From NCBI GenBank assembly GCA_030704615.1, contig CM060731.1, forward strand, positions 84,692,001 through 84,756,000: a stretch of 64,000 bases of DNA, written 5' to 3'. Both the position numbers and the translations under genes were made by a program. How positions within the stretch are numbered: position 1 is the stretch's first letter; each line of letters begins with the position of its first letter. Positions 24,885-36,723 of the stretch are shown here, in pieces. The notes beneath the pieces were generated by a model. The model did not search any database. It was not told the DNA's origin and saw only the letters and a program-made list of their open reading frames with translations. The stretch comes from Takakia lepidozioides (Eukaryota; Plantae; Bryophyta).

Positions 24885-25053
24885 AACGCCATTTTTCTTT
24901 TTGGGGCCGAAAACGCTATGTCCCAGATCTGACTGGCACCCAAAATCGGAAATTCGGCGCCATCTTTCCAGTTCTGGGCCCAGTCAGATCTGGGACTTAG
25001 CCATTTTCGGCCCCGAACTGGAAAATTGGCGCCGGGAGAAAAGAAAATAAGAG

Positions 25054-25087
<34 letters not shown>

Positions 25088-25990
25088 GCCATTTTTCCTG
25101 TTCGGGGCCGAAAACGGCGTAGTCCCAGATCTGACTCGCACCCAAAATCGGAAATTCGGCGCCGTTTTTCCAGTTCTGGGCCCAGTCAGATCCGGGACTT
25201 AGCCATTTTCGGCCCCGAACTGGAAAAATGGCGCAGGAAAAAAAAAAAAAAAAAAAAAATCTTGTTCGGGTCCGAAAACGGCTAAGTCCCAGATCTGACT
25301 GGCACCCAAAATCGGAAATTCGGCGCCATTTTTCGAGTTCGGGGCCCAGTCAGATCTGGGACTTAGCCATTTTCGGCCCCGAAATGGAAAAATGGCCATT
25401 TTTCCAGTTCAGGGCCCCGAAAATGGCTAAGTCCCTACGATGGCTGGAACCGCAACTGGAAATTCGGCACCATTTTTCCAGTTCCGCGCCCTATCAGATC
25501 TGGGACTTAGCCATTTTCGGCCCCGAACTGGAAAAATGGCGTCATTTTTCCAGTTCGAGGCCGAAAATGGCTAAGTCCCTAGGGTGGCTGGCACCAAAAT
25601 CGGAAATTCGGCGCCATTTTTCCAGTTCCGGGCCCAGTCAGATCTGGGACTTAGCCATTTTCGGCCCCGAACTGGAAAAATGGCACCGAAAAAAAAAAAA
25701 AAAACGCCTTTTATGCAGTTCGGGGCCGAAAATGGCTAAGTCCCAGATCTGACTGCAACCAAAATCGGAAATTCGGCGCCATTTTTCCAGTTCCGGGCCC
25801 AGTCAGATCTGGGACTTAGCCATTTTCAGCCCCAAAATGGAAAAATGGCGCCATTTTTCCAGTTCAGGGCCCCGAAAATGGCTAAGTCCGTAGGGTGGCT
25901 GGAACCGCAACCGGAAATTCGGCGCCATTTTTCTAGTTCCGCGCCCAGTCAGTTCTGGGACTTAGCCATTTTCGGGCCCAACCTAGGAAA
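24065..25990. repeat. ~180-bp tandem units forming ~45-50-bp inverted repeats around poly-A loops; also at 20690-21450
   Basis: AGATCTGGGACTTAGCCATTTTCGGCCCCGAACTGGAAAAATGGCG - A-rich spacer - CGCCATTTTTCCAGTTCGGGGCCGAAAACGGCTAAGTCCCAGATCT. Confidence 0.92.
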
Positions 25991-26002
25991 ATGGTGCCGA
26001 AA

Positions 26003-26576
26003 ATGGTTTACGAGTGAGTGGTCGCATTGTAAGTTGTCTCCTGATTTTGTGAGGCACCTCCCCTCGCTCTTTTATTTCATTGAAAGACCGTTTCTGCTTC
26101 TGCTGGTATTGACATTCTTCAAGTGGATTTGTTCTTACTGTAGGAGGGACGTCTACACCGCAGTTCATGGGCAGGATGAACGTGCATTTTTTTGCCAGGG
26201 GGATTTCATGCCTAGTCCAGAAAGGGACTACATCCTTCCTACTTATGTTGCCCGGCTTGCTTCGGTGTCCATTAGGAGGTGTTCCGAACCTAGTCGTGTA
26301 CAGCAGATTTTAGACGAGGCAAGCCTCAAGAAAATGAAGATGAGGGAGGAGGCAGCAACTATTAGAGCCCGTCAGGCTCGTAGATTTGTCTTGGATTCGG
26401 AAAGTGGGGGAGAAGATGCAGAAGATTCCCAGGAGGTGAGGTGGACAGTCCCCCAAGAGGACGGGATTTTTGAGAGGCATAGTGGAACTGATGCATCACA
26501 GAGCTCGGAGGATGAGGGGGATGAGGGGGATGAGGAAGAAGGTGGGGCAAGTTCCTCGGAGGGTGTAGGAGAGTAG
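26003..26576 (+). pseudogene. Remnant (last intron and last exon) of the ParB-methyltransferase cargo gene in MULE-2
   Basis: PSPERDYILPTY...SSSEGVGE* is nearly identical to the product of 46413-46872. Confidence 0.85.
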
Positions 26577-26797
26577 TGCCCATTCCGGCTATGACAGTTA
26601 GAATACACTTGTATAGACGTGGCTTGCCACAAAATTTGCAATAAAATGTTGCATTTCAAGTCCACTTGTGTCACATTCCAACTTCACATGACCCTATTTC
26701 CATGCCTCCTAACCCTATTTCCGTGGACTCACAATGGTCTGCTCATGCTTTTTTTTTTTCCGCTCATGCTCATGCCGCTCATGAAATAGCAGCCCCC

Positions 26798-27640
26798 CAT
26801 CTTGATGCACTTGAGCAAGAGAGAGACATACATATCTGAATCTGCTGACATGCCTCCTTGGTTTAGAGTCTGTAAAGCATCTGTCAGGCTGCCTACTGCA
26901 CAAAGTATCTTCACATGCCCAAAAGTGCCAAAAGAGGCATTGTGGACTCCCTCTTTTGATCCTCTAATTTCAGAAGCTGTGGTCATGGTTGGCATACATG
27001 TCCACGAGGGTATTGTTCAGAATGACGTTGGGTACAATTCCAGCTCTGATGATGTCACCATGAACCTCTTTGCCCTTTTCCAGGGTTGCCAGGCTCGCAC
27101 ACACATTGCATATACAAACGAACGTTACCAGGTCTGGCTTTACCCCTTCCCGCATCATTTGCTCATAGGTCTCCAATGCCTCCATCCCGCATCCATGCTG
27201 GGGAATATCCCGTGATCATCACACTCTAGGACACGACATTTCGTTCAGCCATATTCTCAAACACTCCCTTTGTATCCTCAATATTGCACATTTGGCATAC
27301 ATGTCCATGAGGGTATTGTTCATAATGACATCCGGTACAATTCCAAATTTGACAATGGCACCATGGACCTTTTACCCTTCTCCAAGGCTGCCAGGCTTGC
27401 ACACGCATTGCAAACACAAACGAACATGACCCGGTCCGGCTTCACCCCTTCCCGCATTATTTGCTCATACGTCTCCGAAGCCTCTATACCACACCCCTGT
27501 TGTGCATATCCCCGCCCTTCCTACATCATTTGCTCAAGAATAGGTCACAAAGCCTCAATCCCACGCCCCTGCATTGCATATCTTGCGATCATCCCGTTCC
27601 ATGATATATGTTCTCACTGCTTCGGCTCGATACTACAAAA
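26798..27640 (-). pseudogene. PLS-class pentatricopeptide repeat (PPR) gene fragments inside the CACTA
   Basis: EALETYEQMMREGVKPDLVTFVCICNVCASLATLEKGKEVHGDIIRAGIVPNVILNNTLVDMYA and VFENMAERNVVS. The frame ...LLKCIKM continues at 40705. Confidence 0.88.
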
Positions 27641-28258
27641 CAAATGGTAGTGCGGGAGACAAAAGGAGGCTAAGTCCCAGCCCTATGTGTTCACGGTTGA
27701 ACGTGGGCAATCCTAAAGCAACTTTTTGAATTTTTTAACTTTTGCACTTTTGTCATTCCATTGACACAAGTGTTTCGTTAAAGATAGATGGATGAGGTCA
27801 TCCAATGGATGAACCCATTCATGTATATGCCTTAAGATGCCACGTGTAGTGATGTAGTCATGTAAACAGAGTTGTGAAACCTCCTGTAGTCATGTAGTCA
27901 TAAGCTTCACTGGCATGTCGTCAATGTGTAGCAGTGGTGTAGTCATTTAGTCATAAGCTTATATGGCATGTCATCAATGTGTAGTAGTGGTGTAGTCATT
28001 TAGTCATAAGCTTATATGACACGTGTCTGACGTGTAGTATTGTGTGTGACTATTAGTTACATAAACCAAGCCTATGTTCTTGGTCAACAATGTTTGACCG
28101 CGGCTCATAGTCATGTAGTAAAGCGTATGACTGCATTAGATTAAAATATATTAGAATGCGCCCAACAATGGGTTTCATCACTTTGTAGTCACATATATAG
28201 TCATGGTTACCAAGGTTTATATCACCCATAGTCATAAAAACGTTAATCTGTAGTAGTG
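26798..28258 (-). mobile_element. Non-autonomous CACTA element, left part (inverted)
   Basis: Minus strand begins CACTACTACAGATTAACGTTTTTATGACTATGG at 28258. TSD GGA (28259-28261, minus strand). Subterminal TGTAGTCAT repeats at 27840-28050. Confidence 0.88.
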
Positions 28259-28590
28259 TCCATGCCAACTCTGATCAAAGATTTATGTCAAATCTTTAAC
28301 CCAGGGATGTACCTCAGATCTTTCCCCTCGTGGCTGATCTTCTTCCTGTACCAAATCCATTAATCTTTCTTGTATGGAATAAGAAGGAGTGACATCCAAC
28401 TCTGGTTCTTCCGGTATGGGTGATGTACTCTCTGGCCTTAATGGTATGAGAGGTCCAGATGATTCCCCTATGTCTATTCCTCTCTCCCAAAGATATGGAT
28501 AATTAGCTTTCAAATAACTTTCTCTTTTCGCTGAATATCTGTGGAGTCTAGCTTCCCTTTCATCACTCATGTCCCATGTCTTTTATATCT
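28259..28590 (-). pseudogene. gag: gag N-terminus of Gypsy D (joins 43533 across the CACTA TSD)
   Basis: MSDEREARLHRY...SWHG joins GTPRVGTP at 43533. Confidence 0.85.
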
Positions 28591-29561
28591 TGTTAAAGGG
28601 TTGTCTGGGACTTAGACACTTTTATGGGCTCTGTGGGATACCCTTAATTTTTGCGCAGATTTACGGATGGTAGACTTAGACCAACACAGGCTTTAGGGGT
28701 GGTAGACAGGCTTACATACTCAGTCACAGTCTTACACAGTCGTAAACAGCCATACACAGTCTGACACAGCCCGACACGACCTTATACAGTCTGTCACAGT
28801 CAATCACAGCCTATCACAGTTAGTCATAGTCTATCACAGCTCGATACAGCTTCGCACAGTTTCACACAGCCAGTCACAGCCCGACACAGTTTGGCACAAC
28901 CCGTCACAACGTACAAAGGAAACGGTTATCATTGGCAGGGAACGACTGTGTGGGAACGACATCTGCAGAGGGAACGTGTTTACTTCTTAGGTAACAGTTA
29001 CTTAGTTAGGCAGTTAGAACAGCTTGCAGGTAGATTAAGGAGAGCAGCAACAGGGAGGGGACACGCACTTCACGGGGAGCACTTCTTGGTCATTCACAGA
29101 AGGAGATCAGGCGGAGAGCAGGAATGGGAGCAAGGATGGAGAACACGGTGAAGAAGGAGAGATGATCAGTAGATGCTTGTTACATGCAAAGCTGTAGTGA
29201 TACTGTAGAGTAGATTAGAGACACCATGGCTTCAGCCTGATACCTGATAAATCTTAATCTGATACTTATTTGATACAATCACACTGTGTAAAGAGACTTG
29301 AGTGAAGCTGTGGAATGAATGGATGAGTGAATGGAACCTGATAGATACTGAAGCAATCTGATGCTTCAGTATACACACTAAGGTAATTTGCTAGCATGAA
29401 GGCAAGAAGAAATACAAACAGGAAGCACAACCATGATTCACTAGCTGTAGGTCATGACTGATTGTTCTGAGTGGGCTGAGTGCTTAGAGATATCCAACTC
29501 TTCTATCTTGGAGTTTCCACCTCGGATAGCAAAGGGATGGGTGAGGTAAAGCCGCTCGACA
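28591..29561 (+). repeat. 5' LTR of Gypsy C (inserted in Gypsy D)
   Basis: TGTTAAAGGG...CCGCTCGACA; diverged homolog of the A/B LTRs; followed by a PBS. Confidence 0.88.
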
Positions 29562-30146
29562 TTTGGTGACCATACTGGGGAACTGGGTCAAGAACAACCA
29601 GATGTGACAGGCATCTGGTGGGATCATGGTGGTTGGAGAATTAAAGAATTTGATGTGAATCGAATTCCCTGTGGAACTGAGAAAGAAAGGTTGTCCAAGC
29701 AATTCTTTCAGAGATTCTTGGAATTGCCAGACGGTTGCAAAGAAAACATTCTTAAGAGAGTGCATGATGCAGATCATGAGTGGGGTCTAGAGAAAGGAGT
29801 GATAAAGATTTTTCAAGTGGCCTGTAGAGGGAGAGCAAGTTGGTTACCAACGCTGGTTTATGGGATAGCGTTGCTATCCATAAAACGAGTGGAGTTTGAA
29901 GGCTGGGAGGAATGGAAAGTGAATGTTTACTTTTATATGCATGAAGAGTTGGTACTAGTAAAGAATTGGATTCCTAAGGATATCATGTGCATCAAATTGA
30001 CACCAAGAACAGCTTTTCAGACGTGCTGGCTATATAGTTATATGGTAACAGAGACTTCTAGTATAGCCAAGGGTGCATAGCTTGAAAGAAACCCAGGCAT
30101 ATATGAGAGATACTACAGAAGAGAGTTTTGGTTATTGCCTCATTGA
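29454..30146 (+). pseudogene. 5' extra ORF (ORF0, ~230 codons) starting within the LTR and crossing the PBS; two stops in this copy
   Basis: ATGACTGATTGT at 29454 is in frame with TGIWWDHGGW...REFWLLPH*. Homolog at 36126-36723 (minus). Confidence 0.6.
29564..29581 (+). promoter_or_regulatory. Primer binding site (probably tRNA-Arg); second copy 36695-36711 on minus
   Basis: TGG(T/C)GACCATA(C/T)TGGGGA, 2 nt after the LTR end. The tRNA assignment is from memory of plant tRNA-Arg(UCG) 3' ends. Confidence 0.7.
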
Positions 30147-30166
30147 AGATATGAAAGACATGGGAC

Positions 30167-32542
30167 ATGAGTGATGAAAGAGAAGCTAAACTTCATAGAT
30201 ATTCAGCAAAAAGAGAAAGTTATTTGAAAGCTAATTATCCATATATCTGGGAGAGAGGAATAGACATAGGAAAATCGTCTGGACCTCTCACACCATTAAG
30301 ATCGAAGAGTACATCACCCATACCGGAGGAACCAAAGTTGGATGTCACTCCTTCTTATTCTTTACAAGAAAGATTAAGGGATTTGGTACAGGAAGAAGAT
30401 CAACCACGAGGGGAGAGATTTGAGGTACATCCCTGGATCAAGGATTTGACAGAAATCTTTGATAAGAGTTGGCATGGGACACCAAAGGCAGGAACTCCAG
30501 TTTCTGAATTACAAGATAAAGAGGGAGAGGAAGATGTGGCAGAACCAACGGAGAGTTCAGACTCTCCCACGCCACTCCAGTTGAGTTACATGAGTGAGGA
30601 AGAAGAAATCCAAGAAAAGAACTTGGAAGATGAAAACAAAGAGAAGAATTTGGTAGATGAGGAGTATGAAGAAGTAGACCCAACAGTTGAGGTTGAGACT
30701 ACAACCAGGACATCCCAACCCGTTGGACCTGGATCAAGTGGAGCACTTGAATCACAGGCCAACGAAGGTGTTGGCTCAGGGGGATCAGGCGGGAAGCTTG
30801 GATCTAGCTCTGGGAGGACAGGGAGTGTGGGAAGTAGTGCAACTGGAGCTAGGAATACTGTGAGTATAGAAGGGCTAGTAGCAGGGAGTGCTTAGGGGCC
30901 AGCACCTGGTGGGAGTTCCACCACTACAACAACAGGTCCTCAAGGACCAGCACCAACAAGAGGACCAACACCTGTCAGAGGGCAGGGTGTAGGGCCACAG
31001 ATGGCGGTACCTCCAACACGGGCAAAACCACCTTTTCCAATATATGCAGGGAAAGGGGATCCTAATGTACACATTAGCCAATTTGAGCACATGTGTATTG
31101 TGAACAATGAGAATGGCGATGATGCCAAGATGAGACTGTTTCCTTGTTCACTTATCAAGAAAGCAAATGAATGGTATGCAAGATTTCTAGATAATCATTT
31201 CTTAACCTGGAATGGCCTTAGTACGGCATTCCGAAACAGGTTCAGGACAAGCAAAACTGAGGATGAAGTGTATGGGAGTTTACAACAGCTAAGGCAAAAG
31301 AAGCATGAAACTGTTGAGGAGTACATGGAAAAGATGGAGTTAATGATGAAAAAACTAGCTGTTGTACCAGCGCCAGGGTTACAGAAGACCTGGTTTGTGA
31401 GTGGACTAAGACCAGAGTTGCAAAAGAAAGTGGATATGTTACCCCATAATACAGTGGAGGAGGCATTTGAAACAGCCAATAGGATTGAGCAATTGGGAAT
31501 GCTCAGAAGAGATAAAAGGGATGATGAGGACTCAGAGGATGAGTCAGATGAGGAAGAAGAGCAAGAGCTCAAAAGGAAGAGTAAGAAAAATAAGAAGTTG
31601 AAGAGAGAAAACTATGAGAAAAGACTGGAGGAGATCTTGAAGAAGTATGCCACAGAGGCTGCAACACATTGGAGGAAGGGTGTTTGGTGTGCAAAATGCC
31701 AGAATGAAGGCCATACCACAGCTGAATGCCACATAAAGGAGAAACATTGTACTATCTATAAAATGGATAACCATTCTACTGAGAATTGTTATTACAACAG
31801 AAGGACAGCTGCAAGAGAACCTAGGCAAGTAAGGGTGCATCAAGTGCAGCCCCAACCAAGAAGAAACAATGATCAGGACCAATATGGAAGGCCTGGTGGA
31901 TATAAGAATGGTATGGCAGGGAGAGGTAATCCAAGAGGGAATTACCAAGGCAATCCCAGAGGCAACTATCAGGGTAATCCAAGGGGGAATTACCAGCCAG
32001 GGAATCCGGATTATAGAAATAATCTCAGAGCAGACCAAGGGCGAGGACCTAATGGGGAAGAACTGTGTTACTATTGTAATCAAGCCGGACATCGCAAGGC
32101 AGCCTGTCCATTCTGGATCAGACACCAGAATGAGATGAGAGCTCTTGTGAATGAGGGCCCGGTGGTGGCAGCTCACATGGTTAGGCCATGTTTTGTACCA
32201 GAAGTAAGTACAATGATAGTAACCAGAAGCAAAGCTAAACTAACACCTCCAGTGGATGAGGAAAAAGATGGTAATGAGGATGGCAGTGATGTGCCTGAAG
32301 ATGATGAGGCTTGGAGAGATGAGAAAGAACTACACAGGGAAGTGACTGACACCATAAGGGAAATGCAGAAGAATACTGATATCCCTATGGCAGATACTTC
32401 TGACTCTGATAGAGAAGATGGAGAGGGTGAAGAGGAAATGAAGAAAGAAGCTCCACAAGTGCAGAGTAATGAGGGACTTTGGCTGAAGTAATATGCCAGA
32501 CCAAAGCTGAGATTACCATTGGACAGCTATTGGCTGTGGCGC
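30167..32542 (+). pseudogene. gag: gag of Gypsy C (stop at 30893, truncated at a breakpoint)
   Basis: Retrotransposon gag motifs (RLFPCSL...A.EWY, LRQKKHETVEEY), CCHC knuckles and RGNYQGNP repeats. Confidence 0.9.
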
Positions 32543-33619
32543 CTTTTACTCACCCATCCCTTCGCTATCCGAGGCGGAAACTCCAAGATAGAAGAGTTGG
32601 AAATCTCTAAGTACTCAGCCCGCGCAGAACAATCAGTCATGACCTACAGCTAGTGTATCATGGGGGTGTTTCCTATTTGTTTCCCTTTTCGCATTCATCT
32701 TAGCTACCTTACCATTGATAATTAAATATCAGTTTGCTTCATCAATCTATCGGTTTCCTTCACTCATCCATTCAATCCACAGCTTCACTCAGATCTCTCT
32801 ACACAGTGTGGTTGTATCGTATAAGTATCAGATTATGATTTATCAGGTATTAGGCCGAAGCCATTATGTCTCTAATCTGCTCTACCATATCACTATAGCT
32901 TGCATATAACAAGCATCTACTAATCCTCTTTCCTCCTTCATCGTGCTCTCCATCCTTTTCTTCCGATCTCCGCTCCCGCCTGACTAAGAAGTCCTCCTCG
33001 AATAATGATCCCCCTCCATTCCCCGTTTTTCCCTTTATCTTCCTATCCACAGTTCTAACCGTTTCCCTCACTAACCGTCGTCTGTGAACTAACATGTTCC
33101 CTTCGCAGGTGTTGTTCCCCACGTCGTTCCTTGTCCTACTCTTCGTTCCCTATGATCGTGACAGCTGTGTCAAGCTGTGACTGGCTGTGTGAAACTGTGA
33201 CGGGCTGTGACTGGCTGTGCGACTGTGTTTGGCTGTGTCGGGCTGTGACTGGCTGTGTGGCTGTGCCGGGCTGTGTCGGCTGTGTCGGCTGTGTTGGCTG
33301 TGACGACTGTGACGGGCTGTGTTGGCTGTGTGGACTGTGATGGCTGTGTTGGCTGTGACGACTGTGACGGGTTTGTTGGCTGTGTGGACTGCGACGGCTG
33401 TGTTGGCTGTGACGACTGTGACGGGCTGTGTTGGCTGTGTTGGCTGTGACGACTGTGATGGGGCTGTGTTGGCTGTGGTGGACTGTGACGGCTGTGTAAC
33501 CCCCCCTCTAACAGTGCCTGCTGTCACCCCTAAGGCTCCTTGGTCTCAGCTGTGCAAAATTTAAGGGTACCACCGCTACAGATCCCGTATAAGTGTCTAA
33601 TCCCTACAGTCCTCTAACA
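32543..33619 (-). repeat. 5' LTR of Gypsy B (10 terminal bp displaced, probably to 36714-36723)
   Basis: Near-identical to 8910-9990; followed by TSD GGTAG. Confidence 0.9.
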
Positions 33620-34946
33620 GGTAGCTTTTAGTTGCTTCTGCTCCTCATCCAGTCCTCATTTCCAGTCCTAACTCTCCTCTTACTCTCTGACTCCTATCGA
33701 GGTCTTCTCTCGTAGCAGGTAATCACTACTAGATTTCTTTGTGGTATTTGTATCTCGTGTATCCCCTTATGCACGGTTCTAACTGAGAAATTCCAGTCTG
33801 GAATACCTGGCCTGTTTCAGCCACCACGACGTCCCAATAAATAAGGAGTACCTCCATGCCTCATCCATCTTAACACAGTTACTGTGATCATAAAGATCAT
33901 CTCCTGTTATCTATATCTTACCTCCTCTTATTAATCCCAATAGGCTGTACACTTTCTTCTTTGTTCTGCCATTGTTACTGTTACTGTAAATGGGGTGGGC
34001 TGGTTTCATGTACTTAGACCAAGCTTCTTTCTTAATTGGTCTGTCATGATATTTACTCCACTCCCAGAACTCTCCATCTATCAGGTACAAAACAAGTCAT
34101 AGTTCTGGCTTTCCAATTCTCAATTGGATACTGCATAGAATCATCAAATTCCATGACTGTTTCTCTTCGCCCTTTTTTGTTTCCGGCTTCACATTATACT
34201 GGTCACCCTTGCTGTTCAGGTTCTGTTTTCCTGTCTCCTCTCCTGGCAATTCGATTGATTGCTGATACATCCTGTGCCTACAATAGTTGCCACACCAATA
34301 GCTGTCTCAAATGGTAATCTCTGCTTTGGTCTGGCAGATTACTTCAGCCAAATCTCTTCATTACTTTGCATGCCTGCTCTCTTTCTTCTCTTTCATCCTC
34401 ACTCCCTTTTCTTCTTCATCAGAATCAGAGGAATCTGCCACAAGAATATCAGTACTCTTTTGCATTTCCCTTATGGTATCTGCCACTTCCTTGTGCAGTT
34501 CCTTCTCATCTGTGCAGTTCCCTTTCTCATCTTTCCATCTTCTCAGCTAGTGGAGTTTGGCTTTGCTTCTGGTTACCATCATTGTACTTACTTCTGGTAC
34601 AACACATGGCCTAACCATGTGAGCTGCCACCACTGGGCCCTCATTCACAGGAGCTCTCATCTCATTCTGGTGTCTTATCCAGAATGAACAGGCTGCCCTG
34701 CGATGTCCTGGCTGATTACAATAGTAACATAGTTCTTCACCATTGGGTCCTCGCCCTTGGTCTATTCTTGGATTATTTCTGTAATCTTGATTCCCAGGCT
34801 GGTAATTCCCCCTTGGATTACCCTGATAGTTGCCTCTGGAATTTCCTTGGTAATTCCCTCTTGATTTACCTCTCCCTTCCATGCCATTGTTATAACCACC
34901 AGACCTACCATAGCGGTCCTGATCATTGTTTCTTCTTGGCTGGGGC
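33620..34946 (-). pseudogene. gag: Continuation of Gypsy A: gag C-terminus and protease (heavily indel-damaged at 33620-34150)
   Basis: PQPRRNNDQ...CYYCNQPGHRRAAC, plus protease remnants matching 17331-17780. Confidence 0.85.
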
Positions 34947-35305
34947 AGGAATCTCCTTAGACTTCTAACATTTCCTGGTGGTGGTGATGCTTTAATGGCC
35001 TCCGTCTTTTTGGGGTCCACAAATAATCCCTTCTTACACACAATGTGTCCCAGAAGTACCCCTGAGTTCACACAGAAAGTACATTTTTCTTGATTCAGAC
35101 CCAGACCTCTCATCCTGCATCTGGCCAAACATAACTCCAATTTATGCAAGTGCTCATTCTTAGAGCTGTACATACTGAAATCATCAAAGAACACTTGCAT
35201 GATATCATCCAAATACTCATGGAAGGATTCACTTATCACTCTCTGAAATGTTGCTGGTGCATTACAAAGTCCAAAAGGCATGACTTTGTATGCATAAGCA
35301 CCCCA
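34947..35305 (-). pseudogene. pol: Isolated ~360-bp reverse transcriptase fragment of the same Gypsy family
   Basis: MPFGLCNAPATFQR...VFFDDF...SLRRFL wedged between two gag pieces. Confidence 0.88.
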
Positions 35306-36723
35306 GGCACCCTTGCTGGTGCTGGTCCTTCTGGACCTGTTGTTTTTGTGGTGGATCTTCCACCAAGTGGTGGCCCTTGAGCACTCCTTGCTTCTCGTCC
35401 CACGATATTCACAGTATTCCCAGCTTCAGTTGCACTACTTCCCACACTCCCTGTCCCCCCAGAGCCAGATCCAGGCAGCCCGCCTGATCCCCCTGAGCCG
35501 ACACCTTCGTTGGCCTGTGATCCAAGTGTTCCACTTGATCCAGGTCCAACGGGTTGGGATGTCCTGGTTGTAGTCTCAACCTCAGCTGTTGGGTCTACTT
35601 CTTCATATTCTTCCTCTTCTAATTTCTTCTCTCTGTTTTCATCCTCCAAGTTCTGCCCTTGGGTTTCTTCTTCACTCATGTAACTCAACTGTAATGGTGT
35701 TGGAGAGTCTGAACTCTCCGTTGGCTCTGCCACATCCTCTTCTCCTTCTTCATCTTCTGCTTCAGAAACTGGAGTTCCTGCTTTTGGTGTTCCATGCCAA
35801 CTCTTATCAAAGATTTCTGTCAAGTCTTTTATCCAAGGATGTACCTCAGATCTTTCACCTCGTGATTGATCTTCTTCCTGTACCAATTCCCTTAATCTTT
35901 CTTGCAAAGAAACAGAAGGAGTGGCATCCAACTCTAGTTCTCTTCCGGTATAGGTGATGCACTCTTTGATCTTGATGGTGTGAGAGGTCCAGATGATTCC
36001 CCTATGTCTATTCCTCTCTCCCAAAGATATGGATAATTAGCTTTCAGATAGCTTTCTCTTTTTGCTAAATATCTCTGTCGTCTCGCTTCTCTTTCATCAC
36101 TCATGTCCCATGTCTTTCATTTCTTTTAATGTGGCAATAACCAAAACTCTCTTCTGTAATATCTCTCGTATATGCCTGGGTTTCTTTCAAGCTTCAATGC
36201 ACCCTTGGCTATACTTGAAGTCTCCGTTACCATATAACCATATGGCAAACAAGTCTGAAAAGCTGTTCTTGGTGTGAGTTTGATCCACAAAATATCCTTT
36301 GGAATCCAATTCTTTACCAGTACAAGCTCTTCATGCATATGAGTATAAACATTCACCTTTCTTTCTTCCCAGCCTTCAAACTCTACTCGTTTAATGGATA
36401 GCAATGCTATCACATAAACCAATGTTGGTAACCAACGTGCTCTTCCTCTACAGGCTACCTAATAAATCTTTATCACTCCTTTCTCCAGACCCCATTCTGG
36501 ATCAGCATCATGCACTCGTTTAAGAATATTTTCTTTACAACCGTCTGGCAATTCCAAGAACCTTTGAAAGAATCGTTTGGACAATCTTTCTTCCTTCGTT
36601 CCACAGGGAATTTGATTCACTTCAAATTCTTTAATGGTCCAACCACCATGATCCCACCAGATGCCTGTCACATCTGGTTGTTCATGTCCCAGGTCCCCAA
36701 TATGGTCGCCAAATGTCGCGCGG
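35306..36723 (-). mobile_element. Gypsy 5' segment: LTR tip, PBS, ORF0 and gag N-terminus (probably from element B)
   Basis: Homologous to 29552-30975; ends in TGTCGCGCGG. Confidence 0.85.

Larger units (their letters stand above)
18082..26797 (-). mobile_element. MULE-2 left half (inverted, internally deleted, repeat-amplified)
   Basis: The terminus at 26797 is the reverse complement of GGGGGCTGCTATTTCATGAGC. 26003-26797 matches 46192-47010. 18082-18600 matches the MULE-1 transposase 5' region (~54760-55309). Confidence 0.9.
8900..33619 (-). mobile_element. Ty3/Gypsy element B nested in A (LTR-to-LTR span, interior rearranged)
   Basis: 5-bp TSD GGTAG at 8895-8899 and 33620-33624. The two LTRs are nearly identical outside the tandem array. 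Confidence 0.85.

Noticed and set aside
18413-25752. Many short ORFs of type MEIRRRISI / WKFGAEFP / KWLSPRSD
   Set aside because: These are translations of the palindromic repeats on both strands, with no coding evidence.
34547-35281. RT-gag fusion ORF (244 aa)
   Set aside because: Chance in-frame join of shuffled fragments at ~34947.
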